Shown piece after piece: positions 12,028 to 24,380 of a stretch of DNA of 32,000 nt. Each line of letters opens with the position of its first letter. The stretch's first letter is position 1. This DNA comes from Zygophlyctis sp. KS116 (taxonomy: Eukaryota > Fungi > Chytridiomycota): positions 15,111 through 47,110 of the forward strand of contig BAAFSQ010000063.1 in assembly GCA_054661495.1 (NCBI GenBank), in the 5' to 3' direction. A program made the position numbers and the translations under genes. The notes under the pieces are model-generated. The model saw only the letters and a list, made by a program, of their open reading frames with translations. It searched no databases and was not told the origin of the DNA.

Positions 12028-13079
12028 ATGTCTGACGAAGAAAACGGCTGGAAATGGGATGAGTTTGTCAATATAGGAAACAGCATACACAAGGATAGAG
12101 GTGTTGTTCGTACTGAAAAGGCCAAAGACGCTTTATCATTGGCGAAAGTGCTTAGAAGAACTGAATACCTTATTGGCTCAAAAGAACGCTACCAACTCTA
12201 CAAGACACTTCTCCCCAAAATTGCAGAGTATCTGGATGATTACGTTGCGATCATTCAAACTGCTGTTGAGAAGTACTTTTACGGACTTCATTGCAAAGCT
12301 GGTCTAGATGAAGCCGATTTCTCAATTGACTTCTTGGCGAAAAGAAGTGGAATTCAAATTGGATTTATTTGCGAGACGTTCAATAAGTCATTCAAGACTC
12401 GCTACTATATCAAGACCCATCAAAGTGGCCCAACAGCTGATAACATCAAAAGTATAAAACCTCCTGATTGTAAAGAAATATTCATTTACAAATTACTCGA
12501 GTAATTTCTATTTATAAAATTAAAAATTAGGAATATTGGGATGGGACCGGAAGTCTTCTTTATCATTCCGTTTCATGGGTCAAGAAGGACTATACTATAT
12601 ATATTGCTACAAAGGATGCTGGACTCACTTTATTTTCTGCTTTGACATCAGAAACTGCCAACAGCACTGCATTGTTACAGATTGATTTGATTGCACGCAT
12701 TCTATGCCTCAGAGATATGAATTCTTCGAATTTTGGGCAGATAGAAAACAGACCCATGATTATCGACTTTCGCATCGAGAAGCAGTCACATGGATATGCC
12801 AAACAAGACATTCTGGAGAAATTCATTGAAGGAAATAGTGAATACAATTGGACAGGTTTGATGACCGTTGCTGTTAATTGTTCAAGAGATGAAAAGCTCG
12901 AAATTATGAAGAAATCTTTGAAGGAATGAGATCTTGTTAAAAACATAAATGACACTCAGGAAGTTGTCAAGAATCTCATTTTAAAGGCAAGTGATACGAT
13001 GAAGTTTGATGATGATTTGGAACAGTATGCCAAAGGCATCAAGAGTACAATTGAGACATTGCTTTGCAGTAGCTGTTAA
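12028..13079 (+). pseudogene. Atypical kinase-fold gene (HipA/PI3-PI4K-like), disrupted; intron 12501-12530, frameshift near 12590-12602, in-frame TGA 12927-12929
   Basis: Ordered kinase-like motifs KRSGIQIGF, YYIKTH (Lys), KEIFIYKLLENIGMGPEV (Glu), YIATKD, LRDMNSSNFG (DxxxxN) and MIIDF. The reading frame continues 49 codons past the TGA to TAA at 13077-13079. Confidence 0.65.
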
Positions 13080-13114
13080 CTTGTCATTGTAATAAACATT
13101 TTTTTCAAATCGTC

Positions 13115-13390
13115 GAAGAAAGACTGGGTTCTGTTGATATCATTACAAATTTTCTGAAATTATATGACTCAGTTGATTCTATAGAATTTAAAATTATGAT
13201 CTTATTGGATGGCATTGAATTATTTATACATACAATGGCATATCAATCATCGGATCAGTTGTATCAGCCATGCCGCTATTGAGCGCCTCCTCTAAATCAT
13301 GTTTATCATCGAATCATTTACATATATTTTACTGCTAGCAGTTTGCATTGTACCATCAACAGTTTTTGCCCAAGATTCATCAGTATCTTC
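13115..13390 (+). repeat. Direct repeat copy 2 (276 bp)
   Basis: Partner of 11581-11851. Confidence 0.95.
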
Positions 13391-14161
13391 GCCCCCACAG
13401 GACGCTAATAATGAGCATTTAGCGTTGGGTATACTATCTATTTTAGTTGGATTTATATTTCTTTTTTTTGGATTTAAGTGGAAGGGACTTACCTTTTTTT
13501 GGTCTTCAGCTAGTTTATTTGGTATGATTTCTCGATACTTAATCAGATAGGATTGACTGCATATGTATTCCTATGGAATTTTTGGCCGACATGCATGGAT
13601 TTTCTATTTGTACTGATACCATTGATATTTGGGCTTTCTGGAGGGATCGTTGGATATTTTGCGAAGCCAATGGGTAAAGCTTCATTAGGCGCAATGGCCG
13701 GAATCTCTTTCAGTATGTGGATTTTTTCAATTCGACCAGCTGCACTCATTCAGAATGAACTCTTATTAAATCTAGTATTCTCAGGCATTACATTAGCCTT
13801 TACATGTATGACATATTACAGGGAATTTCCTGATGATAAATACCCTATAATACTGGCATCATCATTTTCAGGAGCGTATGGAGTTTTCTTTGGATTCGAT
13901 ATCTTTTTTAAAATCGGGCTTGGACAAGTATTTATTGCAGTTATTAAAGGAAATTATGAATCTTTGTCAGATTCAAGGTACGTTTCAGTAGATTTAATTG
14001 CAAGTGTTGATTGGAAGTTGGGGTTGATGTTAGCATCTACTTGGATCTTGTTTATAATTGGAAGTATATCTCAAATGGTAAATTATAGAGGAATTGATAT
14101 ACAATCCATGCCTTTAGGAGAACTGTCTACTCATGAAAAAAGAAATATAGTAAAAATCTGA
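13299..14161 (+). CDS. Signal peptide plus multi-pass membrane protein, DUF4203/TM7S3-TMEM198-like; intron 13522-13550
   Basis: About 7 Gly-rich hydrophobic segments; FFGFKWK..TFF and ASSFSGAY..FFGFDIF patterns; terminal G..SQ. Confidence 0.75.
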
Positions 14162-14180
14162 TTTCCTTTGTGATTCAATT

Positions 14181-15088
14181 TTAATTTCCATAAACTGACT
14201 CGAAGTCTACATAAATATTTGTATGAGAGAATTTCTGAATATGTTCTTCGAGACTTTTTAATTGATTTTCCATATTAACTTTTCTAAATAATGAATTTAA
14301 TTAATTGTACCTTGCAATTTTAGGAATTGTATCCACAGTCAGACTCAATTTTTGATAGTCTCCGTTCAATTTGTTCCAATTTGCTGTTAATCCATCGAGG
14401 ATTTTAATACGTTCTGATTCTGGAAGAAGGACTAATCCATTTCTAAATTGTTTTGCAGCTTGTTGCGCAGCTTCAATTTCTTCTTGAACCTGTTTCTTTT
14501 CTTGATCGGCCAATTGAATCTTTTTAACTAAATAATCGGGTGCTCTGCCATAATCTTTTTTTGTTAAATATGATGGTGCGCCTGCATTTGATTTCTTTGC
14601 GACTATGATTAATTTTGATGCCGATCATACCTGCATTAATGTTTTCTAAAGCATTCAACTTTACAAAATCTTTCTTTGTCTTTTCCGGAATTACACCTGA
14701 ATCTTTTGGAACTGGAGCCTTTCTGATTGCTCTATCAGGAGAGAAATATTGTTCTAAAGTTATTCAATAATTCCTTACTGTCATTGGAATCCTTTTCTCT
14801 TTCACCCTTTTTCAGAAACTTTTGTGGAGGATTTACAAACACTTTTGCTGGCCCCATCGATGCAGTTTGCTTTCTATCAGAAAAGTATTCAACTCTAGCC
14901 TGATTAGCAAACTTTGATCTATATCTTTCCGCTTTCGGCGGTGGAATGATGACTTGAGGAATAAGACCGTATACAGACTCTTCAAATGGATCGGATGGGA
15001 TTGGATGAGATCTGGTTAATGCTTTTGATGGATCGGTAGGCATAAATAAAAAGTTGGGTGACGTCGTTCTGAAAAGTTCCCGATACAT
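14181..15088 (-). CDS. ENKUR: Enkurin (axonemal calmodulin-binding protein), multi-exon; start may be the ATG at 15042
   Basis: EESVYGLIP..RYRSKF, MGPAKV..PPQKFLKK, YLTKKDYGRAPDYL, LLPESER..IL.GL..NW..LN.DYQKLSL..DT and K..MENQLK.LE..I.KFS. Confidence 0.88.
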
Positions 15089-15254
15089 GATGGTGTCTAC
15101 TGTTATGGGATTAGCATGGAATTAGAATAGTTTTATTAATATAGATTAAGATGCAGTATTTAGTAAAATTATAATGGATACTAGTAATGATTTTCCAACT
15201 TTGTAATACATACACAACAGATTGTAAAACTTGGTAGGGCGGATTAATTTGTAA

Positions 15255-16351
15255 ATGCCTTCGCTATTCTTTAGCAAAGAAATCCTCTCTTTTGCTTCTC
15301 AGTTCCCTATGATGGCAACAACAATCTTTGGTTGGAGTTCTCAATTGACTTCATTTGCATCAAATCTATCGCCCAAAGCTCAGGCTAATGCATTAAAGAT
15401 GATTAAGAGTATGTATCACTTGACGATCATTGCGGGACAGAAATGCATTCAATTATATGAAATTATAATGTCAAAAATGGGATCTAAATCTGTGACTGAT
15501 TGGGAAATGCCGTCAGGCTGGATTTTATATCCAATGGCGTCATTTATTCTCTTCATTTTCCCTATTAATTTCACAATCAATGATCCAAAAGAGTCTTTTA
15601 AGAATAAGCCGCTAATGTTTGTTAATAATCGTCATGTTTATGGTTTAGAAGTAATACCATTATTGGCGTTGATTTACTGTAAAACAGGAATATGGGCAAG
15701 AGTAGAAGCAGAATCTTATCGTAACATTTTAAAGAAATAATTATAGATTTTAGAATACCTTTATGGGCACAAATTGTTCAATATTTTGGTGCGTATGAAA
15801 GAATTGAAACAGGATCAAGTACTAAACTTATCCTTGAATTAAATCAATCGGTACTTGTATCACCAGGAGGTAAAGTTGATACTCTATCTTCTCCATCATA
15901 TAATATTAATTGGCCTGATGGGTTTATTTCTGAATTAGAAACACCATTAATAGTCCCTGTATCTGTTGTTGGATTTAATGATATGGTTTCAATTTTGACA
16001 AGTATTGATTTCTCTCCATTTTTATGGATAATGGGTTACAAGGTCGAATCAAAGTCTGCAACAATTCCAATTTTTTTCTTTCAGTCTTTTGAACGGGTAT
16101 ATGTCTGCTTTGGTCCAATGAAGGAATATTCTGAACAGGAAACGATAGATATGGTTCAGCAGGGACTAGAAACTGTTCTTGAAACTCAAGCAAAAGATCC
16201 TGATCGGATTTTACTAAAAAACATTCGCCAACTTTTAGAAACTGGATGGTCTTACATGAAACCTCTTATTCTAAAAGTAACTCCAGTATTGCACAATCTC
16301 TCTAGAAAGTTTTACGATTGGGCAGTTGATGCACTTGAAAAGATGGATTAA
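15255..16351 (+). CDS. TMEM68/DGAT2-like acyltransferase-fold protein, possibly degenerate; intron 15721-15746
   Basis: PLMFVNNRHVYGLE, HFRIPLW..IVQYFGA, VLVSPGG, IVPVSVVG and ERVYVCFG.P. Confidence 0.6.
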
Positions 16352-16357
16352 TAAAAA

Positions 16358-17461
16358 ATGCTTTATACCTTTATCTGTGATCGTTTGATCTCCCAACAAG
16401 ATCCAATCAAATTACATATGCATATTCATTCTAAAAGATGGAAGAACTTGATACTCTCTAACCAAGAATTCCAAAAGAAGTCAAGATCTTCCGGCGTTAA
16501 TTGTTTAGATTTAGATCATTGCTTTTCTAGTTATCTGATAGCAGGATCGCAAGATTCGTCGTTGGTAATTTATGATCTTGAATCGGACTGTGAAGTGATT
16601 GCTGAATTCGAGAGAGGGAAAGCACATTCTTTAGGAATTAGTGATGTTGGATGGTTTACATTTGATTCTAATATATTTTCTACTGCATCTAAAGATCAAT
16701 CTGTAAAAATATGGGACTCAAATACATTGGATAGTGTTATCACATGGAGAATGAACTCATCGGTTAATTGTATAGCTATTCCTAAAAATCAAGCAACGCC
16801 TTTATTAATCGCTGTAGGAATGGATGAAAGAAATATTCGCATGTGTGATTTAAAATCAGGAGCTTCAACTCATACTTTAAAAGGTCATGGTGGATCGGTT
16901 TTGGCTACAGAATGGTCTCCGCATGATCCGAATTTATTAGCTTCCGGTTCTAGTGATGGATATATCAAATATTGGGATATTAGAAAAGCTTCGCCGTGCT
17001 TAAAGTCATTGGATAGTAGTAACGGTGGAGGAATGAAATCTCATAATGGTGCTGTAAAAGGGTTCTGCTTTACTTCTGATGGTCTTCAATTAGTAAGCGT
17101 TGGGGCAGACAAGGTTATAAGATTGTGGGATGCGTATTGTGGCCTAAGTACAGGAGTCCAAGGGACGTGGAATTATTGTGGTTTATACTCTTCCATTAAG
17201 CCTATTATTACGCATTCTTCTGATACAGCTAAGCCGACCTTGTTTTTACCCAATAACAAACACATCCAAGAGTTTGATTTATTGACCTTGAATCAATTAA
17301 ATAATCATGTTGGTCATTATGGGAGAGTAAATTGTATTGCAATGGATAGATTGCGGGTATCATTATATTCTGTAAGTACACTTAGTTTTGACAATCAGGG
17401 CGGGACTGATAAGGAAATATTAGAATGGAGTGGTGTTAGCTATTGTGGTCAAGCCCTCTAG
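16358..17461 (+). CDS. ERCC8: WD40 DCAF, Cockayne syndrome A/Rad28-like; in-frame intron 17372-17398; 3' end uncertain
   Basis: CDLKSGASTHTLKGH, WSPH...LASGSSDG.IKYWDIRKA (WDxR), SHNGAVKG and GHYGRVNC..LYSGG.D.EILEW. Confidence 0.85.
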   Translation: MLYTFICDRLISQQDPIKLHMHIHSKRWKNLILSNQEFQKKSRSSGVNCLDLDHCFSSYLIAGSQDSSLVIYDLESDCEVIAEFERGKAHSLGISDVGWFTFDSNIFSTASKDQSVKIWDSNTLDSVITWRMNSSVNCIAIPKNQATPLLIAVGMDERNIRMCDLKSGASTHTLKGHGGSVLATEWSPHDPNLLASGSSDGYIKYWDIRKASPCLKSLDSSNGGGMKSHNGAVKGFCFTSDGLQLVSVGADKVIRLWDAYCGLSTGVQGTWNYCGLYSSIKPIITHSSDTAKPTLFLPNNKHIQEFDLLTLNQLNNHVGHYGRVNCIAMDRLRVSLYSVSTLSFDNQGGTDKEILEWSGVSYCGQAL

Positions 17462-17511
17462 TGTAAAATGAATGCCGTCAATCAAAAAGTCTATCGTAGA
17501 GAAAAGCTTGT

Positions 17512-18626
17512 ATGATATCAACAGAACCCAGTCTTTCTTCTCTGAGCATTGGATCTGTAATAGCCTTCAGACGATATGAATCTGGAATACAACCATTGAT
17601 CTCTGTGCATGAGGATACTAGCTTGGGAATGGTATTGATGACTTTAAGGGAAGAAAGAATTCTTTCAGTTCCCGTTTACAAGAATCTTGAAGGAGGAGGT
17701 AAAGAATTCACTGGTATTGTATCTTCCTTTGATATTCTATCGTTTACAGTGTTTCAGCAGATATTTGATATCTTGTATGTTTAACAATCTAGATCTCATC
17801 TGTTAGGGAAAAGGATACTAGAAGAGAGCAGATAAAGTTTCATCTAGATTCTGTGAATCAGGAGAATTCATTCTTTGATACTCCAGTCAAGAAATTGGTT
17901 GGAAGGACCCGTGAATCAGTTGCAGATTGGATGCTCAAGTCTAGTGACTATGTATCATCGCTATTGTCAATAATGACGCTTGGTGGATATCATAGAGTAT
18001 TAGTGATTGATGAAGAATGTATACGCATGGCATCTGTAGATCAAGATGGTCCAGGCGGAAATGCACCTCCTCCTGACGGATGCTCCATAGTTGTGTTGAC
18101 TCAAACAGACATGCTCAAATATTTATCAAAGTTTTTAAATGTGAAATTTGGAGGGATGCCAATATTTCAAGTTTGTCAATTGGCTGGTAAGCTTGGAGTG
18201 ATTGATGACTTTGATGTTCCTGAATTTGTAGTCAAATGCTCTGCAGATTCTATGGCATTAGTTGCATATAGGCTAATGTTTTTACATCGCAAAAATGCTA
18301 TTGCTATAGTGGATAAGGATGGTCGAATTATATCAAATCTATCTGCTTCTGATCTCCGTGGTCTTCATCGTGGAAATATAGATTCATTACTTCTTCCAGT
18401 ATATGAATTCTTGGAGACAAACAGTAGAGAAAGAAATGGTGGATTATTGCCGGATCAATTAAGAACTGCAAAGCCTGATACTCCTTTAGATGAAATTGTT
18501 CAAATGATTCTTGACAGTCGCATTCATAGAGTTTGGATTACCAATGACAATGATGAACCTGTTGGTGTAGTCTCAATAACAGATATACTTAGCCTTTTCA
18601 CGTCTGTCGGAAAGGTCGAGTTCTGA
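17512..18626 (+). CDS. Multi-CBS-domain protein, right paralog; intron 17775-17806
   Basis: Same CBS signatures as the left paralog; splicing the 32-nt intron joins the two ORFs in frame. Confidence 0.87.
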
Positions 18627-18638
18627 TTTTGATTTTTT

Positions 18639-20209
18639 ATGTTGCAAGCAGAAGAAAAAGAAGGCTTGCTTGAATTGTTAAAGAATAGCAAAAATGAACC
18701 AGTTCCTGCAATAGTCAAGCAAAAGTTTTATGAGCCAAAGACTGTTTTTTCTTCGGACACTCTGCCTGAAACTCCCCATAAGCGCATGCTTGAGAGTGTT
18801 GAGACAAAGTCTAATGCATATATCAATTCCATGCTTAATGATAATGATAGCTCTATTAGCCGATTCCAACAAGTCAGCTCTTCGTTTATCACTGGGTCAA
18901 TTATTTTGATCAATCTACCTTCCCGAGATGATCTAGTTCTATACAATAAGCAGCTAATCAAAGGTCTTCGGTATCTTTTTGATGCATATTCAAGTAATAT
19001 TACAAGCCAGATATTAATCAGATAGAGAATTCTTTTTTTAATTCTCGGGGAAGTCGGTATGATGCATGCACGCTTGATTCAGTGCCTGGAATTAGCGAAC
19101 AACAAAGAAAAGTATTTTTGTCTGTTGTTCTCACTGAAATACCAGTTACTTTTTACCCAAGAGGATATGGATTTACTCCTAAAGAACTATTATCGGACAA
19201 TTGGAGTCAAGGGATACTAGATGGATGGAAATTGTCTTTAGAGCATAATGCATGGGATTCTTTTATTGCTGAAAATAGCTTTGGGAAAGCTTTAGAAGCG
19301 GAAATCATGATAATGTCTCTATACGTCGGAGCGTGTTTACTGAAAAAGGTGAAGGAAGAAGATGGTGGTGTGCATGGGGCATCTTTGCTTTATGGAAAAT
19401 GTCATGAATTAATGTGTGGATTGTCATATCTTTTAGGAATTGAGCGACGTATTATGCCTGGACCACTAAGCTCTGGAAAATACCGGTTAAAGTCTGTACC
19501 CGTAAAGGTATCAAGCCCCCCAACCTTATTTTTGGCTCTCAATCCAGATTTTCTTGTCCGATTACTCATCGATATGTCAATACTTCTCGCTTGGGATGAA
19601 CCTAGTTTCCCTGAAGCATTGCAAAATATTCATATGTGCCAGAGTTTTCAATCTAGAGTTTGGGATGGGGAATCTCGATACTTCCGCGGTCAATTTCTAA
19701 AGATTGATAAGAAATTGAAAGATTCATATGAAGAATTTGAAAATTGTTTAATGAAATCTTCAAATAATCCTACCTTGGCTGCTGCATGTTATCGAGAAAT
19801 GGCTATGCTTTTGGCAAATGGAACCAAATCTAGATTTTTTACAGTTGGCGAAGTACAAAGATTGATTCAAAAAGCTGATGAACTATCTAAACAGGAAGAA
19901 TTTATATGGCTGAATGGATCAAATGATACTGCAGATCAACTGGATATTTTAAAAAGCGAATTGATCAAACAAGTTTTGCCAGATGAAACAAAAATTTCAA
20001 AGATTCAGTTTATTAATGAAAAGGGGAAATGGGTGTTGAAGCCTCTCCAGATTCTCCAGGAAAGTGGACCAGTCTGTGCGTCATGCTCTTTTAGCTTGTC
20101 ATTTATGATGCGATGTTCAAGATGTAAGAATCCAAACTACTTTGTTTGTGGAACTGATTGTCAAAAAAAGGATTGGGAGTCTCATAAGATTAATTGTCTA
20201 AAGAAATAA
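18639..20209 (+). CDS. C-terminal MYND zinc-finger protein; intron 18994-19025
   Basis: [12 protein letters not shown]...[18 protein letters not shown], preceded by a helical TPR-like region. Confidence 0.8.
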
Positions 20210-20261
20210 AAGAAAAATAAATTATTTTGATTATCGGAACTCTTTGAGTTTAAAGCCGCAA

Positions 20262-21414
<1,153 letters not shown>

Positions 21415-21449
21415 AAACATCAGTGGCGTGGTGGCGTTTTATTTTTAGA

Positions 21450-23239
21450 ATGAGTGATAATGGCAGGAAGAGACCCCAGCCTCCTCCAATGCATGAGGCA
21501 TACACATCTAGGCCTCATACTCCAGATCAGCCTCCTGCAATGTCTGATCGGCCATTGCCACATCTGATTCCTCCTCCCCGAGCAGAAGTTTGGGATGGGA
21601 ATGGTCAATATGATCCTAGAGGTAATTTAGCAGTCTAAAAGGTTAGAAGTTAAACCATCTCAGATTCCGAGAAATGTCAATCCAGTCCAAGGAAATCCCT
21701 ATCATGATATCTTTGGAGCTGATTCAGATGATGTATTTCATTATCAGGACTCATCATTTGATTACTCTCGTCCTGATGTACAATATGAAGTCCCTGATAA
21801 GGCTAAATATAATTACTCAAATGAATCATCCAGTTCCTCAACGCCCCCTCCAAATCAGTCGCTTGCCGAAGACAATGGAATTCGTACGAATTTGGGAAAT
21901 ACTTCATTTCTGATGGCTGTTTTATCAGAATTATGGTTGTTCAACATATTCTTCATTTTAGGAGGTACATTTATGATGACATTTTATGTTCCTCAATTTT
22001 ATGTGGACTATGAATTATGGAATGTTACTTGCTATTGGAAATTAAGTAAGTTTTGCGGCATCTAAAAAGTAGCTTGGATCTTTCCTCTTCCTTACACAAT
22101 TGTTTGCTTTATTGGACTTGCACTTCCTTTCAGAACACCAAAGTTTATATACTCTGATTCATTACCGAGAAGAAGATGTGACAATTTGTACATTCTGACT
22201 GTAACAAAAGGTGATAACAAGGAGGTAAATAAGAGAAATTTTTATTATTTAGGCTGTTTATAGATCTTGGAATGCTCATAAACATCTTGAAAAGCTCCAT
22301 CCTTCTATAAGAGTTCATGTTCTTACAGATGCCCCATATTATTTCGATAATATCAATTGTTATGCATGCCCAACTGATTTTAGTACTGCTAATTCTCTGT
22401 ATAAGGCAAGAGCTCTTGAATGGTATCGTCAAACTATGCGGTTTACAGAATATGATTGGATTCTTCATTTAGATGAAGAATCTGTAATTGATGATGAATC
22501 AATCAAGAGAGTATTGGAATTTATATGGTATGAACCAGCATACCATTGGGGACAAGGTGTCATTCTTTACAATCAGTATCGATACTTTACCAATTGGTTT
22601 TTTACTGTTGCTGATGCTATTCGTGTTGGTGATGATTTGTCTCGATTCCATTTACAATATACTTACTTTCATAATCCCATATTTGGTGCTCATGGTTCAT
22701 TCCTGTTGACTAATGGTATTGTGGAAAATTCTATTACTTGGGATTTGGGATCTCTTACTGAAGATTATCAATTTGCAATGCATGCTTGGTCTCTAGGATA
22801 CAGATGTGGAAAAGTTCCAGCCTTGGTTAGGGAGCAATCTCCTATAGACTTGATTGGTTTCTTGAAACAACGACGTCGATGGTATGTTGGTATTAGAAGA
22901 CTTCCCCAATTATTACCAAAAATTTGGGCCTTTTTCTGGACTCTTGGAACTCTTTCTCTTTATGGAACAATTGCATCGGTTGTTGTAGGATTCTTTGTCC
23001 CACTAGGAACTCCCAGATGGTTTGGTTTCTTGAAGGATTTTTCATTTATGACTTTTATTTACCTGTACTTCCTTGGAGTTTTCATTCAAGATATTGATAA
23101 GGGTAAGAACCCACTCATAGTACTGTTGCGTATTCCGTTTACGATTATAGTTCAATTTGCAGCTGTTATAATGGAGGCGATGGCTGTTATGTATGGACTC
23201 ATATTACCGCCTGTCGGATTTGATGTTATCAAGAAATAA
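21450..23239 (+). CDS. GT2 glycosyltransferase, egghead/BRE-3-like (beta-1,4-mannosyltransferase family), multi-exon
   Basis: LTVTKGDN, YKARALEW, WILHLDEES, VADAIRVGDD..RF, GAHGSF, SLTED, REQSP, QRRRW and GFDVIKK terminus; N-terminal Pro-rich tail and TM segments. Confidence 0.82.
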
Positions 23240-23257
23240 TGATTTTTCATTTAACTA

Positions 23258-24380
23258 ATGAGCGAAAGAATTACAAGTTTGTCCGATTGGGTCACTGACA
23301 CTTTCCGCTTGCGCTTCTCACCGCCTTCTTATTGGGCACATTGTGAAATAAGGTTTGACATTGCGCATGGGCTGCTTAGTCTTCGTCCTGGGGAAGATAT
23401 TATTAAATATTACAATGAAGTCATAGATACAAAAGGAAACAATACTATGATAGGCTCTTTTTGGGTTACAAATATGAGGTTACTATGGTTTATGCCGAGC
23501 AAGAGCCTAAACTTAAGGTAATGATAGAGCAAGTCATGATAGTATTGGATGGTCAACTGTGACAAACGTTTTCAAAGCAAAAGCCCATGCATCATCTGTT
23601 GTCATTTTGGCTTCATATAAAACCAATTATGAATTTATTTTCACCTGCCAACAGGAGGATTTCACAGATGTTTTGACTTCAGTATTCAAGGCCTACACAA
23701 AATCACAGCCATATCGTGAAACCATTTTACGTTCATCTAATTTAATGTCGAAAGGGGAAGTAATGATTATGAAAAATGAAACAGCATTTGAAAAGATCTT
23801 GGGAGTTTTTCATTTATCAGGTGAAGCTGGAACGATCGGAAACCTTGTAATTACCAGTGTCCGATTGGTTTGGTACACTTCTGATTCTTTTTCAAATTTA
23901 AACATTCCTTACCTGCAAATTGTAAGATTTATTTCATACTTCCCATAGACTAAAATTGAATTACAAAAATCTAAATATGGAGAAGTTTTGGTGATCCATG
24001 TCCAAACACTTACAAAAACATACATGTTTGGTTTTAGAATTGATCCCTTAGAAAAATTAAGACAATTAGAAACACAGATTAGTAATCTTTGGCGTATTTA
24101 TCATGATAAGCCAATTTTCGGAGTGGAAGTCGAGGAACAAGAGGTAAATCTGAATAATTAAGTAATATAGTTGAATGTATCAGTATCTGAAGGGATGGTT
24201 CAAAGTTTTGATGACATGCAACTCAATGCTTTAGACCCAGAAGGCCATGTCACCTCTTCTAACGATAAAGTGGATTTTCCACCATCGAATGAAATTGTAT
24301 ATAATGATTATTTGGGATTAGCTATACAAAAGATTCACGAAGAAACAACAGTTAAATGTATTTGGGAAGAATCATTCTAG
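23258..24380 (+). CDS. BBS5: Bardet-Biedl syndrome 5 (BBSome subunit), multi-exon
   Basis: EIRFD..LRPGE, DTKGNN..G...VTNMRLLW, YEFIFT, second PH-like repeat, SKYG, YMFGFRIDP, PIFGVE and LGLAI.K. Confidence 0.9.

Noticed and set aside
12927-12929. In-frame TGA as Trp/Sec recoding
   Set aside because: The same gene also has a frameshift and other genes end in TGA, so a nonsense mutation is simpler.
11852-13114. Classical transposon (TIR, LTR or Helitron)
   Set aside because: No transposase, RT or Rep-helicase. The flanking repeats are host gene and promoter sequence rather than LTRs, and no TIRs or CTRR end were seen.
15109-15119. GATTAGCATGG match to U6 snRNA
   Set aside because: Only 11 nt match; there is no ACAGAGA box or downstream U6 sequence.
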